A DNA stretch of 64,000 bases from Yuukianura sp. NJ FZ-2021. Taxonomy: Eukaryota. The notes beneath the pieces were generated by a model. It did not search any database. It had not been told where the DNA came from and worked only from the letters and a program-made list of their open reading frames with translations. Shown piece after piece: positions 1-14,217 of the stretch. Numbering within the stretch: the first letter of the stretch is position 1; every line of letters starts with the position of its first letter. A program made the position numbers and the translations under genes. Location: positions 3,844,001 through 3,908,000 of the forward strand of contig CM102284.1 in NCBI GenBank assembly GCA_046563655.1, given 5' to 3'.

Positions 1-1576
1 GAAGCGCTATGTCAACAATGTTTTTTCAGAGCCTTTGAAGACGAGATTCACAACACGATTGTCCAAAACCAATTGTTCAAGCAAGGAGATTTCGTTGCGG
101 TTGCCGCTTCTGGAGGAAAGGATTCAACAGTGTTAGCCTATATTATGAAAATCCTGAACCAGCGACATGGATATGGACTCAAGCTCATTTTACTATCAGT
201 GGATGAAGGAATCACTGGTAAGGAATTGTCGTTGGCTGAAGTAGTTATTTTGGATTTTGTGATCATAACTAACAATGCATTATGTTTTAATAGGGTATCG
301 GGACGACAGTTTGGAGACTGTCAAACGGAACGAGCAACAATATGACATTCCACTGAAGATCTTCTCTTACAAGGACTTATATGGATGGACAATGGACGAA
401 ATCGTACGGGAAGTAAGTGGGCATGGATCTCCGAAGTTTTATTTACTAAAATTACACTGGTAACTCATGCAGGAATGTGGCCTTACCTAGGTTGGACGCA
501 AGAACAACTGCACATTCTGTGGAGTGTTTCGACGACAGGCGTTGGATCGTGGTGCCATGGCCATCGGGGTCGATAAAATCGTAACAGGACATAACGCGGA
601 TGATGTCGCCGAAACGATTCTGATGAATCTGTTGCGCGGAGATGTTGCAAGGTTACAGAGGTGCACAAATATTGTTACGGTATGATCCCAATTCTATGTA
701 TTCATGTGTTCAATGGATTCTTTATGTCCTACGAAGTATAGCTTTAAACCTCGCTTCACTTCCTTGATTCATTTGTAGGGAGCTGAAGGCGCCTTGCCAA
801 GATGTAAGCCATTCAAATACACGTACGAGAAGGAAATCGTTTTGTACGCTCATTACAAAAGTCTGGATTATTTCTCCACTGAATGCATTTACTCCCCGAA
901 TGCCTACAGAGGTCACGTTCGAACGCTCATAAAAGATTTAGAACGTATCAAACCTTCGTCTATAGTAGACATAATCCACTCGGGTAAGAAAAGTTCAAAT
1001 TTATGCTTACGCATCAATTTTACGCTTAATCGGCTTGCAAATTGTGTCCTCTCCTAAACTAAACGAATCTTTTTCTTTATAGGCGAATCGCTGTCAATTC
1101 GTGAAGGTGTGAAGATGCCTACTCAAGGAACTTGTTCCCGTTGTGGCTACATTTCGAGTCAAGAGCTTTGCAAGGCCTGCGTGATGCTGGAAGGTCTCAA
1201 CAAGGGAATGCCAAGGCTCGGTGTTGGCAAGAGTTCCAAAGTACCGGAAGCACTTTCCACTCTCGATACAAATGCAAATACGAAGAAACCGTTTGTGCCT
1301 AAGATTCGTAGCAATCGCAAGTGCAAGAGTTCAACGAAACACTGGAGGAATTCGGATGAAATTGGCAGTGGAAAGTGCGGAGATAGCGGCGGAGGACGCG
1401 GCCACGACTGTGCTTGTTCAAAGCAAGATACTAAAATTGTCAATACACCGGAAGCGGATATGCTGGATCACAGTTGTTCAGTTGCTGAAGTTTCTCATAA
1501 TACCTTTGAAGATGGTGAGTTGGACATTGAAAACTTAGGAGTACTGGCAAAGAAGGTTCTATCTTTATCACATTAG
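1..1576 (+). CDS. CTU1: Cytoplasmic tRNA 2-thiolation protein 1 (Ncs6/CTU1), 5' end outside window, spliced
   Basis: PP-loop [72 protein letters not shown]. Approximate exons 1-217, 294-412, 491-679, 779-983, 1083-1576 with GT-AG introns. Confidence 0.95.
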
Positions 1577-1670
1577 ACTACTAGGACGAAAGTTACGGAA
1601 ATTTTTACAACTACGATTTATTACTTAAAATTTTTAAATAAAGACAAAAGACCTACACAGAATTTTGGTG

Positions 1671-2953
1671 TCAAGAAATGTACGCAGCATGAGTACGTGA
1701 GTAACTGCTTCGACAGACCGGACAGAGACCATTTAGCCTGTCTAGACAATCGAGACAAGCGATGACATGACCACACGGCATCAAAATGACTTCTCGAGGA
1801 TTTGTCAAGCAGATAACGCAGAGATGGTGCTCGGTGCGTGTACTTGTATTGCCATTGTCACTTTCAGCTTCGACTGGTCGTTCGCTCCGTTCTGTTCGTT
1901 CTCTGAGGATCCGGTCTCTCATTTGCTTTCGTTCGTAAGCGCGCCACAGCTTCATTGCTTTTCGAACCGTGAAAACTGCAGCCACACCGTAGAAGAAATA
2001 AGCAACTATTCTCAATCCATTTCTTCTGTTTACCATGCGTTCAATTATATCTGTTGATAAATTAGAATCGTTTTAACTAATTAAGAGCTTCTGGAGGTCA
2101 GCAATATACTGGAAATGGGCACTTACGTTCTAATGGGTACGTCGAAATGATGTAAGGAAATTTGACTGTATCCATTGGTGTGCTGAGACGCACCTTTCCA
2201 GCAGTGACAGACAATTGACCGACAGCAGTGACATTGGTGTCTAAGGTAAGTAGTTTCTCAGTTGTTTCTATTCCCGTTGAAGCATTGCCCATAAAATACC
2301 CCATCACTGTTGAAGCAAATCCAGGTATCGATGGAGTAAACTTTGTCGACACACCCGATAGAAGATTCTCGTGCACTGCTTGCAGTGGATCGACAAGTTC
2401 AACGATTAAAGAAGTTTCGTCGGAGATACTTTTCAGCCCAAACGGCACATCATTCAGTGTAGATCCAATTTCACGCACTGAACCGCCCCTAAAATAATTA
2501 AAACTAGGACATTTTCTGCACATTTTGGTACTTATACGAAGTAAATCATACCAGAATCCGTTCCCGTATCTTCGCATGCTGTGTTCGTTTATTGAAATCA
2601 TTTGTATTACTCCAGCATGCCCACTTTCGCTCTTGATTAGCTGAGGTCCTAGTTGTTTCACTCCACCACGGATTGAGATGTAGGGCACAGTCGTCTTGCC
2701 CCTAAGTACATTTTCCAGCGATGGACCGACTTCCACATTTTGTACATTCTGATAGAATAAACGAGAAGGATAAAAATTATTGAGTGTAATTTGAACAAGC
2801 AGAAGTATTTAGTGAACTAAATTAAATCGTATATCACACTTTTAAATTCCTGATGGCTTCGGCATCACTGGATGAAAAATAGTAGACGAGCGATCCCACT
2901 ACCGAACTCGTTGCCAGCAAGAAGGTATTCAAATCCAACCATTCAAAATCCAT
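1671..2953 (-). CDS. MUL1: Mitochondrial E3 ubiquitin ligase MUL1/MAPL-like (GIDE domain, TM, C-terminal RING)
   Basis: ATG at 2953 (MDFEWLDLNTFLLA, hydrophobic N-terminus), GIDE-like region (GIETTEKLLTLDTNVTAVGQL), TM helix, RING CVICLTNPREVILMPCGHVIACLDC...CPVCR. Four exons. Confidence 0.88.
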
Positions 2954-4085
2954 GTCGAACTAATAGCTTGGATGACTAATACTGAAGTGGTGCAGGTGAA
3001 CCGGTGAACTGGTCAGTATCGTGCGTGTATTCTGATCTGAATCTGGCATCTGGATCTGGAATGACCAGTAATAAAATCAATACAAGCGTTCACTTACTCA
3101 CTGATCAATTACCACTGATCACAGCCGTCGCCGTCTTTAGAACATGAGTATACACAAGAGACAAGATTGACCAAATACAGATTACTATTATAGGATACAT
3201 GTAATAGAAGCAATTTTTGGCTAATGATCTTACCAAGTTCAATTTTTTTTTACACAAATCGTTTCTCCCCCAAATTATCCACTAATCGCCGCTAAATTTT
3301 TTTCTGTCCTGTTACTATTCCCCATAAATAAGCCATAAACAAACAAAAGTCAGACTGGAGCCAGTTTATAGTGTTGCAGGAGATGAAGCAGCTGATTTGC
3401 GAAAAGTCCGCGTCTCTTCAAGCTCTAAAATTCTTCAAATACGCAGATAAACAAAACATTTTACATTTGCACGCCAGACTGAAGTAAACTACTGCTGAGC
3501 TGAGATTGCATAACCTAATAACCATATCCAATTCCAATCAGTAATACTCGCAAACCTCGGCAAACCGATATTGGGCCGGTCGAATTCATACATCACTCAC
3601 TGCTAGGAGGACATCACTGAGCGATATAATCACCGGATTATCTTTGACCTCGTCCTGCAAGGATTTCTTTTTCATTCCCACCTCTCGACGAGATTTTGGG
3701 TGTCCACGTTTAGTTTGGACCATTTGCTGAGCTAAGGTAAGGTAAGAAGCAAGAAAAAATCGTCGATGGGTTGAAGAACGTAGTGAATGTCAAGTCTAAT
3801 GCTGATATTTTCCGGAATTTTGATTGATTGTTTCGGGTATTGTGAAATCCGAATCCCGCGGACATGAATAACCATGGAATCTTTTGTGACTTTTACAATG
3901 GAGTGTCAGATGTCAGATATAATCGTTTAATTTCATGTTCTTTTTTTTATAAGAAACAAGCGAATTAGTTGGGAGAGTAATAATCATGCCGTCGTGCTCA
4001 TGCATGCAGTATATTGAACTGCCCTATCCAATACAATTTTATATGGTAATGGTAGCTATTTTAACATTCTTCTTCGTTTCCTTAG

Positions 4086-4852
4086 ATGGATATGGAGACG
4101 GATAGTCCGAACGCCAATACGCAGCAAGAGCGAAAGCAGCCTGGTCATGTTCAAGATGTCAACACAAATCGCCAGACACTGAACACCGCAGAATTCTCTG
4201 AGTCGCAACCAAAGTTGGTTACGTCTGATAGGAAATTCCCGGTGTTGGATTTAGGGGAGCAACAAATCGTCACTTCTACGGATCCCATTGCAATTCCAAG
4301 AGGCAGAGCCGGCAGAACTACTCCTTGCTCAAGTCCCGTCATTATGAACAACGTTGGATCACCCTGCGGTGGGTTCGGATTGCCACTGCCAAGCCCGATT
4401 ATCACCAAACGCACTCGCACACCGTCAACGTAAGTTAAATCGTCAGTAATAACAATGAGCAAGGCAAAGTTCTATTTTGGTATTTTTTTAGATGCGAGCG
4501 GGCAATGGATAACCCAATTGAGAAAGGGAAGATTCGTTATTTCAGTCGAACCAAAGGACATGGATTCATTGCAAACGATAACGGAGGAGAAGACATTTTC
4601 GTCCATATCTCTGAGTATGTCGTAATGGTTATGTTATTTCTTTTTTCACATTGGAAAGTAATTGATTTATGTCGTTTCAGTATCGAAGGTGAATATATCC
4701 CAACAGCCGGAGACGAGGTAACCTACCGTTTGTGTCCGATTCCACCAAAGGTTGAGAAGTTTCAGGCAATTCATGTTCGGATCGTTCATTTCACGCCGGA
4801 CGTGCACAAAAAATGGGATTCTCCAGTGGAAGAAATGGAAAAAGCAGAGTAA
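4086..4852 (+). CDS. CARHSP1: Cold-shock domain protein, calcium-regulated heat-stable protein 1 / CSDC2-like
   Basis: LPSPIITKRTRTPST, GKIRYFSRTKGHGFI, DIFVHIS, EGEYIP, GDEVTYRLCPIPPKVEKFQAIHV. Approximate exons 4086-4429, 4493-4614, 4681-4852. A non-coding upstream exon probably ends near 3736-3741 (AG/GTAAG). Confidence 0.88.
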
Positions 4853-5628
4853 GAATGCAATACCAGACCAATTCAGTGTATTATACTTCTAATCCACAAG
4901 ATGGAGGTAACCATTGAGCGAGTACTAGTGAATGCTGGCTGAACTCGCTCGTTAACACTTAAGTAGCCTCAGCAGCGTTCCGAGATTTTAACCATTTTTG
5001 AATATTCCAAAAACTCGTAATAGGAAGCGCCTTCGTCTTTTTTCGTGCGCTTTCGTTTATGTTTTTTCAAGGCATTGATTTTTAATGCATTAGTAGCTTT
5101 AACTGTAAGTTTAGTTTACACAATCGTTTTGTTTTCGTTGATTTTATTGCACGCAATTTTTGTTTTTTGTTTTAGCGAGGATACAAAAGTTCCAAGTAAC
5201 TTGGTTACTTGAGACAGTGAGGCTACCTGGAATTTTTGATTTGCACGAACTTTCTTCAATCGCTGCTCCCCTAACCTTACCAAAAGCTTCCGTTTGCACT
5301 GTCTACTGCTACGGATTCATCTAATTTCCAATTACTTTTCAATTACAAATCTATCTTATAATCAATTCTATGAAAAAATAATGCAAGTAAATTACCCATG
5401 TCATCCTCTTTGTGGAAGATTGTGGGATTTCTGGACAACTAATTGTCGCATGTGTTAAAACGAACGAGGCTTAGGGAGAGTGAACATTATTCGATTTTGT
5501 AGTAGTACCTACTAATAACATCCATATGATAACAATATTTAAGACTTTCGTGGAATAAAACAATAAATTGATTTCCATTCCAGTTCTGGATTTATTTCGA
5601 ACCAACTCGTTCGAATATAGAAGTCAAT

Positions 5629-7688
5629 TCAAAACAAATCTAGATCAAAGTCCTCTGGAAGTTGAACTTTCGGAGGCACGGCTATATCGGAAAGATCTTC
5701 TGGAATTATTGTCGGCCCTTGCTCTTGTGATTTTAAATCCTAATCAAAGCATTAGAAGATATGTCGCACAATAAGGTATTTTAAGTATATTTTTTTTAAT
5801 GTGCTATTAGCTTACGGTATCCATTTTGGTGTCGAATTCTCCAAGGTCACGGTCTTCATCTAGAAACATTAGGAACTGATCGTTCTCATACGTTGGAAAA
5901 AGGTATCTGGAACAAAAATATTTCAACAGTGAGAAATATTTCAATTTTGCAATCATACAATCGGCGGGTACAACTCCAGCAGATGCATGGTAAAAACACA
6001 TACTCGGCTTGGTCCCATTTGATCAGATCCGGGAATTCTGAAGATTTGGATTGATGTTCATTGAGATAATGATTAGCAAGGGCCTGCTTGTCCTCTTGTT
6101 TGGAGTCACAGTAGAAGCAAAGATTCTGATAAATATTTCTGCGGATGAAGTTAACAATCTTCACCTAAATTAAAAAAAATGAATTTTTATCAATATACAT
6201 AAGTTAAAATGCTCCTTTGATATTTGAGGTCAAGTACACACCTTTTGATAAAAATCGTAGTTTGCTGTTAGGGATAAGAAGTCAAAATTGTGAGAGTGTT
6301 GCATATGATCCAAAGTTTCTTGAAAGTTTTTAAATTGCTCAGGACAAATTAGACACACGATTTGATTAGTTTCATCTTTGAGTTCAACCCAATCTTCCTC
6401 TATACGCTCCTCCTCAACATCTTCGTCCTAAATTCAGAAGAAAGATAAAGTAAACCTCGATTAAGTTTAGAAACAGGAATAAGTGTTTAGTAGTTAAAAA
6501 GTTATGCTTACTTGCAGTGCTTGCCAAGTTTTGCCAACTTCTAAATAGTTGACCATATAAAATCTATCGTACTCTGGATTTAGCGGATTGATTCGCTTGT
6601 GAAGTTTTTTCCTCATGTGTTCCTTCAGAGTGGTCCTGTCCTTAAAGACTTTTTCGCAGTAGATGCATATCAAGCTTAAAAAGTATCATGAGTTTAATGT
6701 TTAATCTATCTTATCCTTACTTTCTAATTCTAATCAATGTCGACTTACGATTCCAGTTGTTTTTCAATTTGAGTGAGAAAGTCCTTCACAAAAACGATGT
6801 TGTCCGGTTGGCCAACGTGGAAGGCGTGTTCTTCTGCCATATGCAAAAACAGGTTAGCTCTATTCCCGTTACAAACTGTTTTGCAAAAAAGAGGGCACTT
6901 GAATGAAAAATCCGTCTGCTCACGCTCCAACCGATTAATCTCCAGGACAGATTCCTTGAAACAAAATTAATAGATAGGTAACTTCAAATATATTTCTCCT
7001 AACATAAACATAAACGTAGTATGTAGTAAGCTGAAGCGGTTGCTTACAAGCCGTTCAGACCACAACTGTGCACGGAGTCTAGCGTCTTCAGGAACGACGG
7101 GTGTCAACATATAGTACTTATGCCGAGTTTCGGAATCAGCATTTTCTCGACGCTTCTCATCCGACAGAGTATTTTTGGAGATGGTTTCTGCAGACGTAAT
7201 CGGTTGATCCATCCAGAAAGCTACACAATAGTCCTCCATTTTGAATTCAGGAGCTCCGAAAATCTCTCCCAACCGAGATAAATACCTGGTGCACCAATAA
7301 AGATTGTAAGAAACGCTTGAACATCAATATTAGTTTTAGAAAGGAATACAAAGGTTATTAGAAACAACCCTTACGCATGCAAGTTAGCAATCTCTGCAAC
7401 ATTATCTATGACGAGGTTGTGCTCTACAAGAAAGTGCCGGAGGAACTCTTGCGTAATTTGAAACGTCTCGAGCAGTGGATCCGTCAAACCAACAAGGTCA
7501 AATGAACAGGATTTAAAAGGACACGGTGTCGTGGTTTGCCGATTGAAGTCCTGCAGAGCCTTTTCCAGCTGCTTCGTAATTTCTGACGGTTCAGATGAAT
7601 TGGCGCCACCACTCGCCGTTGTATCCGAATCCGAAATTTGCACTCCTTGACATGCAAAAGTCAAAGCTTCCAGTATTGGTTCTTGCAT
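5629..7688 (-). CDS. ZNF277: Zinc finger protein 277-like
   Basis: HFLVEHNLVI, CPLFC...HMAEEHAFHVGQPDNIVF, CIYCEKVFKDRTTLKEHMRKKLHKRINP, YDRFYMVNYLEVGKTW, KIVNFIRR, YLFPTYENDQFL. The last exon (about 5629-5739, DLKSQEQGPTIIPED...) is inferred from a GTAAGC donor near 5815; read-through would stop at 5807. Confidence 0.88.
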
Positions 7689-8120
7689 TTCTTCCCCAGT
7701 AACTTCTGTAATGCAGTTTTATTTTATTAGTTTAACTTTTCCAAGTCATAAATTCAATTCCTTTATATTTCCACTGATGAAAAAAGAAACCTACCAAATC
7801 TTTCTGAATCCAATAAGGCCTGACCGTGACCAGCTCCCTGCTCAACTTCAATACTACGTAACTTGTTAAGTCCAACCCGGAAGAGCACTGAGGATGACGA
7901 TTTATTTAATTAATCGATTAAATTAACCGATCAGATCCAGAATACACAGAATTCAAAACAAAATCCATACAAAACAATTAAGGTGGAAAAATAACACAGC
8001 CCACGTTCAATTTGAAATTACCGTATTCCCGCCCTTTCTTAATTCTTGAATTTAACTTTTAAAATTGTAAACAAAGGCATGCGCAGTACCCTGTGCAGGG
8101 GTCAGTGACCTTTTACATTA

Positions 8121-8186
8121 TGAGTCAACGGGGAATCCCTTCTGACGTCACGGGAATCACCCCTGACGTCACTAGTCCATGAGTCA
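8121..8186. promoter_or_regulatory. Cluster of AP-1, CRE and kappaB-like sites upstream of ZNF277
   Basis: TGAGTCA 8121-8127, GGGGAATCCC 8130-8139, TGACGTCA 8143-8150 and 8164-8171, TGAGTCA 8180-8186. Confidence 0.5.
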
Positions 8187-9259
8187 TCGCAAGCTAATAA
8201 TAGATTCTAACGTTCTACCAACTTCTACACCCCGAAAACTAGTTAAATTAACTCAATTACTTCACATAATTCAATTTATAAATAATTTGCAATGAAAACA
8301 CACATCACGTGTTAAGTTTGAATTTAATTCATCATATTAGTAGCTGACTTGAGTAAAATGTAAAGTGCGACGGGGGTCAAGGGTTCAAAAATGTCGGGAA
8401 CTGTAGGACTTTAAACCGGAAATAACAATAGCCTAGTAATTACTAAATTAATTTTACTATTAAATTAATAGTTTCACCTTCAATTACGTTTACAAGGTAC
8501 AGTTAGTCATCTCAGTCATCATCACAGCAATTCCCAACAACGTTATCCATTCGAGCTCTTCTGTTCTGTAGATCCACCATTTTACCCTCATCATCATCCC
8601 TTTAACAAAAACAAGTTTGGTGGTAGTGGTTGATAGAATGTGATTAACTAATTAATCTAATTACTAACACCTAATGTTGAAGGAATAACAAGTGAATCGT
8701 GTTCTAACTAAAATCTATTAAATACTTAAATACTAAATAGTACACCACTGTACACTGTTAGTTACTCAAGTGTAAGTGAATGAGCGAGTTAATATCGTTT
8801 TAGTTAAAGACATTATTGCAGTAAAATTGTCAACTATTCCTAAATAGTCGTTCTAAAAACAATTAATCAAACAATACTTTTGTTTTCAAAAGTCATCAGT
8901 GCAAGTATTGGTAATTAAATTCAAAATGCAAAGTCAGTCCGCTAAAACGTTTACAATCAGGATTTCAATGTCCTTGAAATTTTCAAGGACATTGGGCCCT
9001 TCCGAAACCAATGCTCAACACTTGAACAAGCACAATAAAAACAATTAATTACTGGAGTTAAATGGAAATACTTAACTTTTACAAAGAACACGAAGTGTTT
9101 ATGGAAAATGAAAGGTTGAGGTTGTTGAGTTAATTGTGCATTAAATAGGTTTTACAGTATAATTTACAGTGATTCTTCAAAATCCATCACAAAGTCTTTC
9201 CTTAAAGCAGTTTTAACATGCACTTTGGGGTTATTACTGGCAAAACGTTGGTCTTCTTC

Positions 9260-12200
9260 TTATGCTTCTTCATCTTCTTCGTCAACTTTACTTAGTTTTG
9301 AGCATTTTGCAAAAATGGTGGGAATCAGTACAAAAAGACTGGAGAAAAGAATAAAAATTCCTGCAATCCAAAATGACCAAGAACTCGTCAGAGTCCAGTC
9401 ACAGATCAAACCGGCAATCGGAGGACCAACAAGGTTTCTGTAAACAATTTTTTAATCAACAATATGTAATTAACAGTCATTACGTCAGATTAATGAAGTA
9501 AACAATAATAAATCATTATTGTCTTACCCAATGCCTTGTATTAACAATAGAAGGCCATAAGCAGAGGCAAAGCGTTCTAAGCTTACAACCTGGAATGTTC
9601 AGAAGTAAATATATTATTATTAGTTTTTGTTGACTTGATGTATCTAAGGTCAACTTTTGTTTTTAATAAGCTGACCTTAACGAGTATGACCGAAGTGAGA
9701 GAGTAGTTGGCAGCGATTGCCAAGCCGTAGAGTCCACAGACCATGGCTAAGGGGATGTAACCCCAGCTCAACATAGTGGGAACCATTATGGCGGAAAATC
9801 CACACACGATCATACAGATCCCATACACCAAAGAAGCGTCAATCCATTCTTTGTCTCCCATGTACCCCAAACTCAACTGAAATCCAAAAATTAACCTTAC
9901 AATTTTCATGTGAACGAACAATTTTTGCAGTTATAACGATTTTCTTACATTTCCAACCATGTTGAAAAGTCCAAGAATGGAAATGAGGTAGGACGCTTCG
10001 TTTTCGCTGTAGTTTAGATGCAATGCAGAGTCTTGGAGGTAAATGTACGCAACATCATACCTTAAAAAATTAGTAAGTGTAATTACTTTTCAAATTAACT
10101 GCGATCATAACTCTCAAAAGTTGGAAACTTACCACATGTAGAGCAGAAAGTTTGAGAAGATGAACAGAATGAATCTCCGACTGCAGGCAAGACTTCGCCA
10201 CTGGAACAGAGCATGTATCCATTTGCAAATGTCGGACACTACAGCCTTCCATTCCTAAAACAAACCAAAATCAATTTAAATCGTGACCTTGAACTTTTTT
10301 CAAGGTCATTTGTATTACTACCGCTTAGGGACTTACATGAGTCGTGTGCTCCGTTGTGGCAACGGAGATTATGTCAGGACAAGAGGAGGCGGGGCGAAGT
10401 CTGTAGCGCTTCAATGACAGAACAGCACCACGGTATGTCAAGGAATGACGATGAGCACCAGCATCCGAACTGAAAAACCAACTTTCATGAAATTTTTTTA
10501 AAAAGATCAAAAATTTTTCATATTTAGTTTGAACTTTGAATGAACAACTTGGCTTCAAAACATTGACGTTAGCAGACCATGACGATTAAAATTGACGTTA
10601 CCTGTTAGGCACTGTTGGTTGGAACTGCGTTTGAGGAAGTCCATGGACAGTGGATGTATTGCATGCATTTGAGTGGTGTCTCTTTGGTGGAGTTCCACCT
10701 CCAAGACTTTCAATTCCAGTAAAAGGTTGATTTGGTACTTGAGTGTTGACTCCATTTTTGTTTTTGTAGTAGCGAGGAGGTGACTTCCGAATGGAATCGC
10801 TGGCTGGTCTGGTAGGAGTAGTTGGGGAATTATTGCTCAATTGATAAATGGCATGAGGTGGAATTGGTCTGCGCGGAGTGTCTCCAGCCGCAATTGTTTG
10901 ATTCCTGGCCCTGGACGCAATACGAGCAGATCGTTCTTGGTCTTGGACAAAAGTGGGAATGCAAATGGCCGATGAGCAGAGTCTCTTGGGGTACGAGGCC
11001 GTGGTGTCTCCATTTGCAGAAGAATCCAGACTGGGTGAATTTCTAAACAAAAAAAGAAGATTACAAACCACGATTACACATCTCGAAATAAATCGATTAC
11101 TCTTGTTTTCTTGGATTACTTTAATTTCCGTGAAGATCTAGATTTCTTTGTCCATTCCAGGTCACGCATGACGAGTCCACAGCAACACAAGTACAGAAAC
11201 GGGATAGACAGAATTCTAGTGGCATTTTGCCAACCAAATTTTGCTGAGCATAGGAAAAGTTAAAAATTACTTGTAAGTTCATTAAATGATTGCGCTGTTA
11301 AAGTATAATTAACTTACTAATTAACAATTGTGTTAAAGGCGAGAAAATAAAAGTTCCTATTCCACCGCCACAGACTGAAATTCCAGTGGCAAGAGAGCGT
11401 CGTTGTTCAAAGTAGTAGGCAACACTAACTACTGCAGCGACATAGCACAGGGACAGTCCGAACCCAGTGATCATTCCGAAAGTAACGTAGAGCATTTCAA
11501 TTGAGGCTAAAGAAAAAAATTCAAAATTCAAAATTTTATCAAATTTCAAATTGGAGCTCATTTCCATTTCTATTACAAAATTTTATAAAATTACTGCTGC
11601 AAATGATTTCAACTCACTTGCAAAGGAAGACAGAATGAAGCCGAGTGAAGATAAAAAGCCACCGACGACAGTCACTTTGCGACAACCGTATCGATCTGCA
11701 AGGGACGAAGCGATTGGACCAGACAAAAGTGGCATTGCAGCTAACAGGCTTCCGATCCAAGCTAAATACATACAAATGCATTACATAAATACTGAATACT
11801 TGCGATTTCGAATGTGCTCCGTAAGTTAAGTACCAAATTCAACAACAACGTGGCAATTCCAACTCAACTTCGAAAACCCAAAGTATAACTAACCTGTAGC
11901 TGATTTGGATTTTTGGAAATACTCTTGAAATTCAATAAAGAAAGTTCCAAAGGAGAAAGTGACGCCGTCAGCCACCATGTTGATGAAGAACGCTGCAGCG
12001 ACCACGACCCACCTAATGTCAAAGATTTCAAAAAATATTTAAAATTTCAAAAATATTTCAATTTTCTAAAATTCTTACCCCCAACCCCCATCAGGGGCTT
12101 GTCGTTCCAAAGTAGAAGACGCTTCCGATTCATCTGACGAGTCTTCCCCAGAAGAGTCTTCGGGTAACAGCGGCTTGTCACTGTTCGGTATTTCCGGTTT

Positions 12201-12482
12201 ATTAGAAGGTTCGTCTTCAGTGTCTTCCAGCCCCATCGCTGAATCCGCAGCGTCTTCTTGAGCGTTGTGACACAAGGGTTGTTGTCCTTCCCGTAAAATT
12301 GATTTAGGCAGACTTCCTTTTCTAGACATTTGGAAGTCCTGGCGATGTTGACTTGAGATACTTGTGCTTCGGAGTGGATCACTTTCCGAAATGCAGTTAA
12401 GACTAACTGCTGACGGAGTAAGTGTTCCTGACTGGTAAATTGTTTTGTTGGGTATATCTCGGTTACTTGAGTCCAATCCCAT
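9260..12482 (-). CDS. Monocarboxylate transporter (SLC16/MFS family) with long central loop
   Basis: APDGGWGWVVV motif, WIGSLLAAMPLLSGPIASSLADRYGCRKV, YYFEQRRSLATGISVCGGGIG, LTYRGAVL..RYRLRPASSCPDI, NLVGPPIAG. Many short introns, stop at 9260-9262. Probable non-coding first exon near 13095-13300. Confidence 0.9.
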
Positions 12483-14217
12483 TCCACCATCTCCCTCATT
12501 CGAAATTCACAGGTCAAGTCCAAATCACGAAGATCCTGATTTCAAACTACAGAGATTCTGAAAACCAAAACAAAATAATGTAAGAGCATCAAGCATTCCA
12601 AGGAATTTGTGGGAAGATTTGTACTAAAGACTTCTCATGGAGGGGTCACAGTCGTCATTGTGCCATTTCGTCATCGTCATTGTCACTTATTGTGAAAAAG
12701 ACGTGGGAAGTAAATAGAACTAATTTGAAATGGCTTATTTGCAAACAGTGAAATGGGATATGCAAAGACGATTGACTTTGGGGGAGCTTGTTTACATTTG
12801 GAAAATTACCAAATTCAGTTTCTTTCAACTTGCTTTACAAGAGAAAATGAGCATAAAGATCATAAAAATTTACATGAGTCAAAAAAAAATTGACGCTGAT
12901 GACAGATCGACTTCGACAGTTGAGTCAGTTGTTCAAATTTTGCAAAAACGAACCTGAACTCACCAGTTTTTACTAAAACAAGATGAAAATTTAAATTGCT
13001 TCAAAAAATGATGTCAATGTCCTTAGATATAGACAGGGTTCAAAGTGTAAGTTCAGCGTATCGCGGTCAATGTACAATTTTAAGTGGAACTCACCTGAAG
13101 ATCGGTAGGAGTTGACAAGATTTCCTTCCTGGTTGACCAAAACGCTTAACCAAAACGTGATCTTCAAGTGTCAAGTTCAGCACAATTGGAACTATTTGCA
13201 CACACTTGAAAACGATGACAATAGAAGAGCAAACCATAGAAAGTTGAAATCTGAAAGCTGAATTACATTACTTCCTTGCTTGTTGGCTGCCTACCTCCTA
13301 CTGACGTACGTCAGTTGGATGGCTATGTCTTTTATAAAGTTCCGAACTTAACTCCTGATTTTACATAAGGCTGAACAAATATGCAGAATTTGATTTTTAA
13401 CAGCTAGATTTTAACAGTTTAACTTACCTAACACAATAATTAATCTACAAGTAATGAAATTTAACGCAGTTATAAAATGCACAGACACGGCTTACGTATG
13501 ACAGAAATTGAAGTCTAACTAATTCATACATTAACAACTGAAGAGCTTAAGATTACAAATTTGTGATCGATTAGACAAATCCAAAGGTTACGATTACCCC
13601 AGGCAGCAGTTGTGGTCGTGTACTTGTGACCAAATTTCTTACTTTTCCAACTACTCATTCCGGAAAACACTTCAGTTAATTAACAATTAATTGAAATTGA
13701 AATTTCAGTTTTCAACCTAACCAAACCTACTAAGGTGTAAGTGTAAATGTGACTTTGACTCTTACTGTAAAGTATCCACATCACAAAACAACTATTTTCT
13801 CCACAGTTTACTCGTGGAGAAAAGCCAAGAATCTGAATTAAATTAGCAGATTCAAATCGTACTTAAACTGTTTTGTTGTAACTCGTGAGTTGTATTCAGT
13901 CCAACAGATCTTGTCAAGCCAAGAATTTGTGACGTTTTGCAAAATCTCCAAGGTTAGTTTCTCATTTGAAGGAACTTTCTCATCCCAAATATTTTTTCTG
14001 ACTCTGTTCTGTTCTAAAAAAAAGTGCACTTGCCAAAAACGTAGAACACACAAGAACTGGAGCACATTCAAAATTTCCTACCGGGACTTGTCATTGGGTA
14101 AGGGCATGAGAGATGTTACTCAACAACACTATCATTTATATCCTTTTCAAACTTTCTAGACTTTCTCCAGACTAAAAAACCAAACCTTAAGCCCTAGTCT
14201 GCATTGCCTTTACAGTA

